64,000 nucleotides of DNA from assembly GCA_024709505.1 (NCBI GenBank), contig JANJWP010000005.1, positions 25,037 through 89,036 of the forward strand. Reading direction: 5' to 3'. Each line of letters starts with the position of its first letter. The first letter of the stretch is position 1. Both the position numbers and the translations under genes were made by a program. This stretch comes from Candidatus Altimarinota bacterium (GTDB taxonomy: Bacteria; Patescibacteriota; Gracilibacteria; BD1-5; UBA2023). This document shows, piece by piece, positions 43,935 to 55,682 of this stretch. A model generated the notes under the pieces. It made no database searches, was not told where the DNA came from, and worked only from the letters and a program-made list of their open reading frames with translations.

Positions 43935-44804
43935 ATGGACGGACTCATAACGCTTCTCATAGTCGTCGCGATCCTCGTGCCGATGTTCCTTCGTAAAATC
44001 AATCAGGGCGAAGTGGGCCTCGTGGAGATATTGGGGAAATTTTCGCACCAGACCGGTCCGGGCATTACGTTCCTCATTCCAGGGTTCCAAACTCTTCGGA
44101 AGGTCGATATCCGCGAACAGGTCATCAACGTTCCCGAACAACAGATCATCACCAAGGATAACGTCGGAATGGCCGTTGACGGAATTATCTACGTCCAGAT
44201 TACCGACGCACAAAAGGCTCAGTACGAAATCTCGAACGTCTTTCTCGCGGTCGTAAACCTCGCGCAGACCAACCTGCGTAACGTCCTCGGCACGATGTCG
44301 CTCGACGACACCCTTTCCAACCGCGACTCCATTAACGCCCGGCTTCTTGAAGCGCTCGATCGCGAGACCGTGAAATGGGGTATCAAGGTTCTCCGCGTCG
44401 AAATTAAAAAGCTTGAACCTCCGCGCGACATTCAGGATTCCATGAGCAAGCAGATGAAGGCCGAACGCGAAAAACGCGCCCAAATCCTCGAAGCCGAAGG
44501 ATATCGCCAAGCCCTCATAACGAAATCCGAGGGTGACAAGCAATCGCAAATCCTTCAGGCCGAAGGCGAAAAACAGGGGCAGATACTCCGTGCGCAGGGC
44601 GAAGCTCAGGCAAGGATCGCCATTGCCGAAGCCGAAGCTAAGGCCCTCGAACTCGAATCCAACGCCGCCCAAGAATATTTCAAGGGACAAGCCGTTACCA
44701 AGGAGCAGCTCAAGGTCGTTGAAAACGCGCTTTCGAGCAATTCGAAATACATCCTCGATTCCGATATCTTGACGAGCATTTCGAAGACTTTCGGAATCAA
44801 ATAG
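43935..44804 (+). CDS. SPFH/band 7 (stomatin-like) membrane protein
   Basis: ITKDNV, LRNVLGTMSLD..LS.RD.IN, WGIKVLRVEI and QMKAEREKRA.ILEAEG. Confidence 0.93.
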   Translation: MDGLITLLIVVAILVPMFLRKINQGEVGLVEILGKFSHQTGPGITFLIPGFQTLRKVDIREQVINVPEQQIITKDNVGMAVDGIIYVQITDAQKAQYEISNVFLAVVNLAQTNLRNVLGTMSLDDTLSNRDSINARLLEALDRETVKWGIKVLRVEIKKLEPPRDIQDSMSKQMKAEREKRAQILEAEGYRQALITKSEGDKQSQILQAEGEKQGQILRAQGEAQARIAIAEAEAKALELESNAAQEYFKGQAVTKEQLKVVENALSSNSKYILDSDILTSISKTFGIK

Positions 44805-44861
44805 CGGATTTCAAGTCGGAGGATCGGTTACCCGAACCCTGATGCCCATAACCCAATACCC

Positions 44862-45290
44862 ATGTCCGAACTGTTTTACGGCTGGCTCGCCGTCGCGGTC
44901 TTCGCCCTCATTATCGAGATGTTTACCGCCACGCTCTACGGCCTCTCGTTTTCCCTTTCGGCTTTCCTTATCGCCGCCTACGTCGCGATATCCGGAGAAA
45001 CCGAACTCACGCTCGCGCAATCGCTCATATTCGCCGTTTCGGGAGCGGTTTTCTGTTTCGTTTTCCCCACTTGGTTCAATAAAACTTCCGGTCCCGAGTT
45101 TAAGCAGGGGCTCGATGCGGCCGTTGGACATGCGTATCCGCTCAAAAAAGTGGGCGATACCTTTAAGATTACCGTGGACGGAGTCGAATATCCCGTGGAC
45201 GAAGACTCCGTCACTCCGGATTTCGCACCGAAAAAGAAGGCGGTTGTCGTCTCCCATCATGCCGGGGTTATCAAAGCCGTTGTAAAGTAG
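44862..45290 (+). CDS. NfeD-family membrane protein
   Basis: W...LIIEMF TM pattern plus an OB-fold tail; adjacent to the SPFH gene. Confidence 0.8.
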   Translation: MSELFYGWLAVAVFALIIEMFTATLYGLSFSLSAFLIAAYVAISGETELTLAQSLIFAVSGAVFCFVFPTWFNKTSGPEFKQGLDAAVGHAYPLKKVGDTFKITVDGVEYPVDEDSVTPDFAPKKKAVVVSHHAGVIKAVVK

Positions 45291-45317
45291 TTTTCGTTTC
45301 CCTTCACCGTTTCTTTT

Positions 45318-45950
45318 GTGATTTCCGAAGCATTTTCCCGTTTCGGCATCGAAGCGTCGTCCGAAGAGGCGGCGCTTTTCGAACGTTTCGCCGACCTCTT
45401 TTTGGAATATAACGCCCATACCAACCTTTCGGCCATCCGTGACCGAGAAGGGATCGTCGAAAAACATTTCGCCGATTCGCTCGAACTTTTGCGGTTTGAA
45501 GACGTTTCGTGAAGGGTGCTCGACATTTGAACCGGCGGCGGTTTTCCGGGAATTCCCCTGAAGATCCTGCGGAAGAACCTCGAAGTCACGCTCCTTGACT
45601 CGGTATCGAAAAAAACCAAGGCCTGCGACCATTTCATCGCCTATTTGGGCCTTGACGACATTTGGACGGTTTGGGGTCGGGCCGAAGACGCGACGAAACG
45701 TCCGGACATGCGGGCTGGATATGACTGGGTGGTTTCGCGCGCGACCGCCTACATGCCGCAAATTCTCGAATGGGCGGCCCCGTTCGTAAAAAAGTGAGGA
45801 CGGATCGTCTTATATAAGCTTCCGTCGAAAGAAGAAACCCGCGATGGAATGGCGGCAGCGAAGAAATTCGGACTCGATCTGGAACGAGAACACCCGTATT
45901 CGATTTCGGGGCAGGAGAGGAGATTGTTCGTTTTTCGGAAAAGGACGTAA
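45318..45950 (+). CDS. rsmG: 16S rRNA G527 N7-methyltransferase
   Basis: NAHTNLSAI...KHFADSL, LDI*(G)TGGGFPGIPL, LLDS..KK, GRAE and VSRA; TGA at 45510, 45528 and 45795. Confidence 0.93.
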
Positions 45951-46157
45951 CGGCGAAATCATTAAAATCCCGTTGCATCTCAAAAAACCGGTAAAATGTC
46001 CCGCGTACCGCTTGGCCCATAAAATAGCGCCCGCGTACGATCTAAGACACAGCGCGCTTTAGCGCCCCCTTTTTTTCCGTTTCCCAAATCCTCCGCGGGT
46101 CCGCCCGGCGGGGATTTTTTTTTACTCGGCGCCGTTCTTAGCGAAATTTTAAAAACG

Positions 46158-46172
46158 TTTTTTTTTTTTTTT
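46158..46172 (+). repeat. T15 homopolymer in the upstream region of the pilin-adhesin gene
   Basis: Fifteen consecutive T about 50 bp upstream of ATG 46225. Confidence 0.9.
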
Positions 46173-46224
46173 GAAAACTTCCGCCATACTTAACTATGGA
46201 ATTTTAACTTTTATCGTTTCCATC

Positions 46225-48483
46225 ATGCCGATACGCGAAAAGAATCGGGACTCCGTCGGAATTTCCGACTCCGTCTCCTCCCGCGTTTCCCGCGCGCTCC
46301 GCAAGGCGGCTTCCGCAAGGCTCTCCGCCTTCACCCTCGCCGAGCTCATCGTCGTGATAACGATCCTCGCCGTCCTCGCGACGATCGCGTTCCTCGCGCT
46401 TTCGGACTACACCGAGGACGCTCGCGACGCCCGCGCGAAGGCCAACGTCCGCACGGTGCATTCGGCGATTTCCGCCGAATCGGCCCTCACGGGCAACACG
46501 CCCCGTTACTACGTCGCCCACGACGCGGACTACGCCCTCTCCGGGGCCTACCTCTACGTCGATGGAAACCCCGTCGCCCTCACGGGAGGGAACGTCGGCG
46601 AAGCCCCGACGGATTCCAACTACACCGCCGGACAGCCCCGCTGGGACCGGCTCAAGCTCGACGCGGAGAAGTTCAAGGCGTCGTCGGCATTCTTTCCGGA
46701 AGCCTTCGCCGCCTTCGACAAGGCCGCGCTTTCCGCGGGAGCCGTAGACGTTCCGACGGTATCCGGCGCGGGAAAGGTAAGGACCGTCTCGTTCTTCCAG
46801 ATCGCGGGCATCCTCCCCGACACGGGAGCGGTCGCGGTTTCCGGGGATTTTCCGGCGCCTTCGGCCGCCGACGTTTCCGCCGGGGAATCGAACGGCAAGC
46901 CCGTCGCGGCCGGACTCGTCCGCAACCCGGACGCCGGACCGACGGAAGCCCTCGCGGATTCGTCGACGGTTTCGGCTCCGGAAGGGGGCGGAACCCCGGC
47001 TTCTTCTTCTTGCGGAAGCGTTCCCCACGGCGGAACCAAGACCTTCTGGATCGCCGAATCCGTTCCGCACGGACAGGCCTGCCCCGCCGGAGTCGAATTC
47101 TCGTGCGACGGCGGAAGCTGGACCCACGCTTCCGCCGACAAGGCAAGCTACCCTTCGGAAGTCGCGTGCGTCGTCTGAACCCCCGCGGACTGCTCCGCCG
47201 CCACCGTGGACGGATACTCCCTTTCCGCGACGAACCACGGTGACGCTACGACCGGAACCAAGCCCGATACCTCTTTCCAAAACGGAACCAAAAACCTCTC
47301 GCAAAACTTCCTCTGTTCCAACGGCTCGTTCGCGGCCGACAGCGCCGAGACCGGGACGATCGTCTCCTGTAGCGAAGGGTACGAAACCGACGGCACGGCG
47401 TGCGTTCCGAAGTCCTGCGACTTCGGCGGACAAACCGTCGCCCACGGCGCTTCCGTGACGGCCTACCAGACGGCGTCGGTAACGTTGCCGTCCGTTTGCG
47501 CTTCCGAAACCCGGACGTGTTCCCTCGGCGTCCTCTCGGGAACCTACGCGAACGCCTCGTGCGTCCAAAGCTGTCCTACGGGCTTCGTCAAGGTTCCGGG
47601 TTCCGCGACCTTCTCGACCCCGGATTTCTGCCTCGCGAAATACGAGATGAAATTCGCGAGCGTTTCCGGACGGAGCCAGTGCGGAGGATCGCCTTGAATT
47701 TCGTGCGACGGCGAAGCGTCCGGAGACGGTTGGAAAACCTGGCAGTTCGCGACCGGAGTCGCCTACGCCAGCGTTCCGGGAACGACTCCCATCGCCGACC
47801 TTACCCAAAGCCAGGCCATCGCCGCATGCGCCTCCCTTTGAAGCGGCTACCACCTCGTGACCAACGACGAATGGATGACCGTCGCCCGCAACGCCGAATC
47901 GGTCGCGGCGAACTGGTCGGGAGGGGCGGTAGGCAACGGCGGGATGTTCCGGGGAAATACCGGAGTGGACGACGCGCTCGGATGCGACGACGCCGGAACC
48001 GACCACGTCGCCGCGGCTTCCGCGGACAACGCCGCGCTCTCGTCCAGCCGTTCGAGCTGCGCCGACAAACGCCAACTCAAACTCACCAACGGGGAAATCG
48101 TCTGGGATCTCGCCGGAAACGTTTGGGAACACGTCAACGGCGCCAACACCTTGGACGGCTCGAATTACAACACCATGGCCGGAAAAGTTTGCGGATGAAC
48201 CGACAACTGGTACTCGTTTTCCGGAACCGACGGCGCGGCCGGCGGAACCTGTTCCTTCAGCGCCCCGTATTCCTACGCGGGATACGGCCCTGCGACCGCG
48301 AACATGAACGCCTCAAACGGAATGGGACGCATCTATTCGTATCCGACCGGAGGTTCCAACCGCGTACTGCTTCGCGGCAGCTCTGGCAGTGAGGGCGACT
48401 ACGCCGGCTTCTTCACGATGGCCTTGCATTGGGACGCGACGTCTTCGCATCGCCTTGTCGGCTTCCGGTGCGCCCTCCGATAG
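46225..48483 (+). CDS. Type IV prepilin-like adhesin with Cys-rich repeats and a C-terminal FGE-sulfatase/C-type-lectin-fold domain (probable DGR target)
   Basis: SA|FTLAELIVVITILAVLATIAF; Cys/HG repeats; FCLAKYEM, GYHLVTNDEW, DLAGNVWEHV and RVLLRG...VGFRCA; TGA at 47176, 47695, 47839 and 48196; 752 aa. Confidence 0.85.
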
Positions 48484-48515
48484 GGGGCGCCCAAGATATC
48501 CGAATGCTCCCATCT

Positions 48516-48548
48516 TCAAAAAGAGCTCCGACATGCCGGAGCTCTTTT
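48516..48548. terminator. Bidirectional terminator between the adhesin gene and PBP1A
   Basis: AAAAGAGCTCCG-ACATGC-CGGAGCTCTTTT. Confidence 0.7.
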
Positions 48549-48564
48549 ACATTTCCCACTTTCT

Positions 48565-51500
48565 TTATCTCGCCAATACCTCGAGCGCGACGTCCGTTTT
48601 TGATTTTCCTCGGCGGGCATCGGTCGATTCGATCGTCAGCACGTAATTTCCCGGAGCGAAATCCTTCCCTTCGTTCACGGCGACGACGAAGTCGTTCCCT
48701 CCTCAGAGAATCTTCCAAAGTTTTCCGTCCAAAAGAAGGTTGTTCGCCACGATTTCGTGCGCGTCGGCCACGCCAAAACGCAGGTTGAAAAACTGATCGG
48801 CATAGATTTTCACCGATCCGTTTTGCGGATTCGTCACGGTAATGACGGGGTCGTCGTTGCTCCCTTTCGCGAAGCGAACGGTCGTCTGGGTCCGGCCGGT
48901 ATATCCGTATTTATCCACCGCGACAATGGAAAGGGTATGTTCGCCCAAGAACGATTCGTCGAAATCAAATACCGCGCTTCGGTAGGTTCCGGAGGTTTTT
49001 TCCCCCTCTATGGCCACCTCCTTGAAGAGTTCGCCGTTCCGTTCGAATTTGAGTTTCACGACGGGAAATTCCGATTCGTAGGAAACTTCGATGGCGTTCG
49101 GACCGAGAGGCCGAACGTCAACGGCGTCGAGATTCGTCGAAATCGAAATTCTCGAAAGTCCGGAACCGGGACGTTCGCACACCTTGTCCTGATAGTCGGT
49201 AATGATGTTCCCCTTCGCTTCGGAGAAATAGGCTGAACCGGCTTCGGATCTTACCCACGAACGAATCGAAGCGAGCCAATCGGCCTGATAGGAATCGATA
49301 ATGGGATTTACGTTGACCAAGTATCCGCGCTTAATCGAATCCGGCGGAGTCGAACTCGTGACTTTGCCGTTACAAAGCGCGTCAACTTCGATTTCTTCCA
49401 TCGAATTTTCATAGGCCGTCGGCTTGACCGCGAAGATCGAATTGACCCGGAAATGCTCGGGCGTTTTTTCGCTCGCGAGCTTTCCGGAAATCGACGAAAT
49501 GGTCGCCGAATACACGCTGTCGGGTTTCGCGAAAGATTCCTTCGGAAGATTTCGATGGGCAAATTCCATGTACCCCTTCCAAATCGGGGCGGCGCAATTG
49601 AGTCCGTCGCACGTTCCCTTCGTTTCGGTTCCATCAACGTTCCCCGCCCAAACGACGGTCGTGATTTGCGGAGTGTACCCGGCCGTCCATAGGTCGCGTG
49701 GCAGAATTTTTTTCTCCTTCCCGACACTCACGTCCTTGTTGGAAGTTCCGGTTTTTGCGGCAACCGGCCGGTCTTTGAGGGTAAGGACGTTGTTCCAAAA
49801 ATCGCTCGGACGACTTTTGGCATCCGATAAAATGACGGAAAGAAGATAGGAGGCAGCATCCGAAAAAACGTACTTTCCATTGGATTCGACGTAGCGGTCG
49901 ATGACGTTTCCTTTTCGGTCTTCAATCCGGAGAATCGGCACGATTTCCTTTTTCCAACCCCCGCCCGCAAACACGCTGTAAGCCGAAGCGAGTTCCAGGG
50001 GTTTGAGTTCTCCGGTCCCTATCGAAAGCGGCGCTCCATAATCGGCGCCTTCGCGAAGCGAGAGGACCCCGAGACTCCGAGCGAATTTCACGATTTCCGA
50101 CTCACCCCCCGCAACGTAGAACATCTTGATGGCGGGAATGTTGCGCGAATAGTCGAGCGCCGTTCGAACACTCATTTTTCCCAGGAATTTCCGATCGTAG
50201 TTATCGGGTTCCCATTTTCCGAATTTCGTTTCCACGTCGTAGACGGGGGTGTCGGGCGAAACCGCTTCCTTCGACATGGCAAGGGCGTAAACGATGGGCT
50301 TGAAGCTCGATCCGGGTTGGCGCTTCGCGGTAACCATGTTCACGTTTCCTCCGTTCTTCTCGTCAAAATAGTCCGGTCCCCCGACCATCGAGAGAATCTG
50401 TCCGGTCTTATTGTCGATGGCGACGAGAGCGGCGGAACTGGCACCGTATTTTTCCTTGTTTACGGCCACCTGCTGTTTGACGAGCTCTTCGGCCTTGTCC
50501 TGCAAGGTCGGATCGATGGTGGTATAGATCTTCAATCCGCCCTGCGATTCGAAATCCTTTCCGAATTTTTGTTCGAGATAGTCCTTTACGAAAAACACGA
50601 AGTGGGGGTATTTGATGTTTTCGCTGTATTTCCGGAATTGGAAGTGAATGCCTCAAACGATGACCTCCTTGTATTCTTCGGCCGTGATTTTTCCATCTTC
50701 CAAGAGTCGTCCGGCGACGAAATCCTTGCGTCCGGTATTGTATTCGAGGAAGCGTTTCGTCTCGGCACCGCTTCCGGATATGCCGCTTCCGGAGAGCGTC
50801 GCGCCCGAAGCGGACGATATCCGGAAACTGTTCAGGAGCGCGAGGAAATCCTTGTATTGGATGTTGGCGCAACCGTCCGAATCGATGCGGTACGGGTTTT
50901 TCAGGTCGCCTTGGGAAAGGCCGCACACTTCCGCGTCTTCGGGCGATTTCCGGGTTATTTCCAGATTTTGGACGACACTCTTGAAGGCTTCCACGAGGAA
51001 AGCGTATTCGACAAGCTTCTCCGGAGTGTCGAGAAGTACCTTTTCGTTTTCGTCCGATTCCGGATATACGTAAAGGTATCCCATCAGACGGTCCCGGTGC
51101 GAATAGGGCGAATAGTAGGTCGGCCCCTTCGGGAGCGACGCGAGAATCGTCGAACCGAGGATTCCCACGTCTTTAATGCTCTTTCCGAAGTAGGTCTTCG
51201 AAGCTTCTTCGACTCCGAAGGCGTTGTTTCCGAACGAAATCTTATTGAGGTAGAGTTCGAGAATTTTTTCCTTGGAATATTTCGCGTTCATCAAATACGA
51301 AAGGTACGCCTCTTTGATTTTGCGTTCCATCGAACGTTCGTCGTTCAAAAACGTAATCTTGATGAGTTGCTGCGAAATGGTAGACGTTCCTTGGATGCGT
51401 TCGGTTTTTCCAAAGGCGAAATTCAACACCGACCGAACGAGCCCCTTCAAATCGATGCCCGGATTTTCAAAAAACGTTTTGTCCTCGGCGGCGATGATCG

Positions 51501-51846
51501 CTTCCTTCATTCGGTCGGAGATTTCGGAATATCCGACGTAAGTGCGCTTTTCTTCGCGGTAAAGCTTGTAGAGTTCGCCGCCGTTCCGGTCGTAGATGAC
51601 GGTGCTTTCGGGCAGTACGTCCTTTTCGATGGAATCGATAGAAGGAAGTCCGTGCAAAAAGACGAAGTAGGTCGCGATGACCGAAAGGAACGCGAACGAA
51701 GCGAGCGTTATCGCGAGATACAGCGTGACGAAATGTGCCGGGCGTTTTTTGGAAAAAAAGGCCGGCAGGCGTGAACGGAGCGATTTTCGGACCGGACGAA
51801 CGGAAAACGGTTTCCGAGAGTTTCCGTTACGGTGATGGAGGTTCAT
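48565..51846 (-). CDS. Class A penicillin-binding protein (PBP1A, transglycosylase-transpeptidase) with C-terminal Ig-like extensions
   Basis: AEDKTFF, QGTSTISQQL, RKIKE and YLN; QPGSSFKP, SRN and KTGT; TGA at 50653 and 48703. Confidence 0.93.
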
Positions 51847-51860
51847 CGTTCTTCGGGGGA

Positions 51861-53324
51861 TTAACGGAAGAAAAGGGAATGGTCGGGACCGAGGATGATT
51901 TCTATTTTCGGTCCCGGGGTTTTGGAATATTTAGTCTCGGGCACGGCTTCTGGATCGGAAAAAACGAAAAGCGAGAGGGCGGCAAGCGTTGGGGAATCAG
52001 GACCGATTCCGGTTTTGGCGGCTTCATCCCAAGGATGGAGGACCGCCGTTTTGGCATAAGGATCCTTCGTGGAAGAAACGGAGTCTTTTTCGGGTACGTT
52101 GAAGCCGTAGCGCTTGAGGAAGAGCGCCGCGGAATTGGCAATTCCCGACTGCCTTGTGGAATTCACGACGTTGATTTCAATTTTTTCCAAAAACATTTCC
52201 GGATAATTGAAAACGAGGTTGGCAAAACGGTTGACGCTCCGGTATTCGCTGATTTTTCCAGGAGTCGCCCCGTCGGGCAGAAGTACGCTCGCACCGCCGA
52301 AAAGATCTCGGGCGGGGGTATAGAGAAATCCTCCGCGGTCACAGAGGGAAAGCGATTGGAAACACGAATCGTTCAAGTTGAACGAAAGGATGTTTTCCGA
52401 GGGGAGCTCCTTGGCAAAAAGGGCGAGCGCGGCCATTTCTTTCAAACTCAGGTCGGTTTGGACGTTGTTTGACACCGCGGCGTACAGCGCTTGGATTTTT
52501 GCCGGATTGGAAAGGGTTCCGAGCGAAAGGAGTTTGTCCTTAAGCGCCCGAACGAGAAGCTGTTGGCGGATGGACCGGTCAAAATCCGAAGTGGAATGCC
52601 TTGAACGGGCGTACATGAGGGCGGTTTTTCCGTTGAACGTCTGCTGCCCCTTTTTTACCCGGAACGTCATATAACCCCAGTTGTCATCGGGATATTGCGT
52701 ATCCACGAGATCTTCGGGGACGTCCACTTCAAGTCCGCCCAACACGTCAACGAAGCTGACGAACGCGTTGAAATCAACGTTCAGGGTTTTGTCGATGCGT
52801 TCGCCCGTAATTTCGGAAACCTTGCCCGCAAGGGTCAATATGGCCGTTTCATGGTTTTTTTTGGAGGCCGCATAGGCTCTCCGGTAGGTTTCGTTGATCT
52901 TTCCCCTTCCTCCGGTCGGATATTCGACGTACAAGTCACGGGGAATGGAAAGCATGGAAACCGTCTTCGACTTCGCATTGAGGCTCGCGAGAATGATCGT
53001 ATCGGTCAAATCCCCTCCCTCATGGGAAGCACCCCCCATTCCGGTGAGAAGAATGTTGTATTTTCCCGAAGGAAGCCCTCCCGAAGTTTCGTCGGGCCGA
53101 AATACCGAAGGAAGGAGCGAAAAAGACGGCAACGGAATCGAAAGTTTCACGTTGGCAATCTGCGCGAAGGCGGCGCTTCCGATGCCGAGCACCGCGAGCA
53201 CCGCGATTCCTCAAAGGAGATAGGCGGAAAACGTGTTTCGCACGCGGATGGTTTCGTAAGCGTCGCGAACGGAAACGAAACGCCCGCTTTGGACGCCTGA
53301 AATCTTGGTTTTTTTAAAAGACAC
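51861..53324 (-). CDS. LCP (LytR-CpsA-Psr) family cell-wall glycopolymer ligase with a LytR_C domain
   Basis: NILLTG, TDTIIL, SIPRDL, KIN, VDVLGG, YARSRH.SDFDR..RQ and VVNST..SGIA; TGA at 53211; GTG start at 53324 is inferred. Confidence 0.9.
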
Positions 53325-53632
53325 GGTGGATGGTTCGTGGAAGATGGGGGATAAACCCCGAAAACAGGCTCCGGCACACCTTATATATGCCGGACATGCG
53401 CATGATTATAAAAACGGGAGGCAAAATCGCAAGGTTCGGGTCGGAGTTTTTCACATTTGGAAACTCAACGTTTGGAAAATGTGTAAAACTTTTAAAATCC
53501 CAACAATTACTATCATCTATTTGTCAATGGAATCCGAAACAACCGTTTCTCCTTTTAGTTGACAACAAAACGGAAAAGCGTAACTTCCACCGTGACAAAA
53601 ACGAAAACCAAGTTCTTTACGCGTTTCTGACA

Positions 53633-54610
53633 GTGACTACGGAAATACGTACATCCGAATTCGAACATGTACCCGTACTCTTCGATGAAGCCGTTTCTTC
53701 CCTAGGGTTAGAGAAGAACCGGCCGATTACCGTAATAGACGCAACGCTCGGACTCGGGGGCCACGCCTCCGAAATCGTGAAACGCCTCCCCGAAAAAAGC
53801 ACGTTCGTCGGCTTCGACCGAGACCGTACCAATTTGGAACAGGCGAAAAACCGGGTGCTTTGCGAAAACGAAACGGCAATCCGATCGAAGGGCCTCCGGC
53901 TCGAGTTTGTGGAATCCGATTTCCGAAAGCTGAAAGAAAAACTCTCCGATTTGGGAATTTCCCGTATCGATTCGATCCTTTACGACCTCGGGGTATCAAG
54001 CGCTCACTACGACGACGGCGAACGGGGGTTTTCCTTCCGATTCGACGGTCCGCTCGACATGCGCTTCAACCGGACGGACGACTCCCCCACCGCCGCGGAT
54101 TTCCTCGCGCGGGCAAGCGAGCCGGAAATTCTTCGCGTCCTGCGCGATTACGGCGAAGAGCCCAAGGCATTCTTCATCGCGAAAGCGGTGGTCGAAACGC
54201 GCAAGGCCTATTCGCTTAAGACGACCGGGGACTTCCTGAAACTCATCGAAGAAGCCAGCTTCGATCCCAAGTCGAAGACCCGGGCGTTCCAGGCCATCCG
54301 CATCGCCGTAAACGACGAATTCGGCTCCATCGAAGATTCGCTCCGCCAGGCGGTCGAACTTCTCCGTCCCGAAGGCAGGCTGTCGGTCATCACGTTCCAT
54401 TCCCTCGAAGACCGCCTCGTCAAAACGGTGTTCAAAGAGTTCGAACGCGACGTTCCCGACGAGCTCACCGGCATGCCCATCGTCAAAGCGCTCCTCAAAA
54501 AGGCCCATAAGAAACCCATCGAACCAAATCCGGAAGAAGTGAAGAACAATCCCCGATCCCGCAGCGCGAAGCTCCGGGTTTGCGAAAAAATACGTACGAC
54601 CTCCGACTAA
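53633..54610 (+). CDS. rsmH: 16S rRNA C1402 N4-methyltransferase (MraW)
   Basis: HVPVL, DATLGLGGH, DLGVSS, GPLDMR, FQAIRIAVNDE, FHSLEDR and NPRSRSAKLR; GTG start inferred. Confidence 0.96.
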   Translation: MTTEIRTSEFEHVPVLFDEAVSSLGLEKNRPITVIDATLGLGGHASEIVKRLPEKSTFVGFDRDRTNLEQAKNRVLCENETAIRSKGLRLEFVESDFRKLKEKLSDLGISRIDSILYDLGVSSAHYDDGERGFSFRFDGPLDMRFNRTDDSPTAADFLARASEPEILRVLRDYGEEPKAFFIAKAVVETRKAYSLKTTGDFLKLIEEASFDPKSKTRAFQAIRIAVNDEFGSIEDSLRQAVELLRPEGRLSVITFHSLEDRLVKTVFKEFERDVPDELTGMPIVKALLKKAHKKPIEPNPEEVKNNPRSRSAKLRVCEKIRTTSD

Positions 54611-54626
54611 CCCCATTCCGCAAGGT

Positions 54627-54992
54627 ATGAACGCGAACGTCCTCGTCATGAAAAAAGGCAACTTCCCGTTTTTCTCGTCCCGAAAGACGAGTCGGGAAAA
54701 CTTCCGTCTTTCGTTCACCGAAACCTACGTTCTCGCTCTCGGCCTCATCGGAATCCTCGGAATCTATTACGTATTCATGCTCAACGTCAACGCGACCAAG
54801 GGCTACAACGTCCGGAATCTCGAAATTGAACGTAAGAATCTCGTTTTCGAACAGAATCTCCTCAACATCAAGATTGCCGAAGCCGAATCGCTCTCTTCCA
54901 TTTCCGAAAATCCTTCCATCGGAAAAATGGAGCTCATCGATACGCCGCGTTACCTCGTCATGAAGGATTCGCTCCTTACGCTCAAGAAGTAA
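54627..54992 (+). CDS. FtsL-like bitopic membrane protein
   Basis: One TM helix plus a coiled coil, directly after rsmH (the usual ftsL position). Confidence 0.6.
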   Translation: MNANVLVMKKGNFPFFSSRKTSRENFRLSFTETYVLALGLIGILGIYYVFMLNVNATKGYNVRNLEIERKNLVFEQNLLNIKIAEAESLSSISENPSIGKMELIDTPRYLVMKDSLLTLKK

Positions 54993-55002
54993 TTCCGGAA
55001 CG

Positions 55003-55071
55003 AGCGGACGAACGAAACGCTCCCGTCTCAGTCGGTTCCGAAAATCGACGGAATCGATTCGTTCGTCCGCT
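55003..55071. repeat. Hairpin element (14-bp perfect arms) with a CCGTC-TCAG-N10-AAATC-GACGG core, upstream of recR
   Basis: Arms AGCGGACGAACGAA and TTCGTTCGTCCGCT; the core is the reverse-complement counterpart of the core at 55758-55785. Confidence 0.85.
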
Positions 55072-55091
55072 GCCGAAACTCCTCAAGACCG

Positions 55092-55682
55092 ATGCCCGAA
55101 TCGCTCCAAAAGCTCGTCGAGCTCATCTCGTATCTTCCATGAATCGGAGAAAAGACCGCGACCAAACTCGCGTTCTTTTTATTGAAGGCCAACCCTTCGT
55201 TCATTCGCGACCTCTCCGACCGCATATCGCGGGTGCAGTCGGACATCCGGGAATGTCCGGTCTGTTTTTCCCTTACCGACCGTTCCGACCGCCCCTGCGC
55301 GATTTGCGAAGACCATTCGCGCGACGGGCGCTCGCTCTGCGTCGTGGAGGATTATCTTGATCTCGTCTCCATCGAACGCCTTGGAATTTACAAGGGACGC
55401 TACCACGTTTTGGGCGGTTCCGTTTCGCCCATGCATGGACGCATGCCCTCCGACTTGCACATGAAAGAACTTTTCGAGCGCGTAGAAAAAGACGGTTTCG
55501 AAGAACTCATTCTCGCGACCAATCCGAATATCGAAGGAGAGGCTACGTCGCTCTACATTAAAGAAAACGTAAAGACGCCGAGCATTCGCATCACTCGACT
55601 CTCCCGAGGGCTTCCGAACGCCGGATTTATCGAATATGCCGACGACCTCACGCTCATCAACGCGTTCCGCGGCAGAGGATAA
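55092..55682 (+). CDS. recR: Recombination mediator RecR
   Basis: HhH motif LP*(G)IGEKTA (TGA 55140), C4 zinc finger, and TOPRIM motifs CVVE, YHVLGG and ATNPNIEGEAT. Confidence 0.95.

Noticed and set aside
45990-46125. c-di-GMP riboswitch upstream of the adhesin
   Set aside because: Only a vague TCTAAGACACAGC resemblance; the GGCAAAC/GAAA/GACGCAAAG core is absent.
46225-48565. Complete diversity-generating retroelement
   Set aside because: No second copy of the variable region, reverse transcriptase or avd is visible in the window. Only a putative target is reported.
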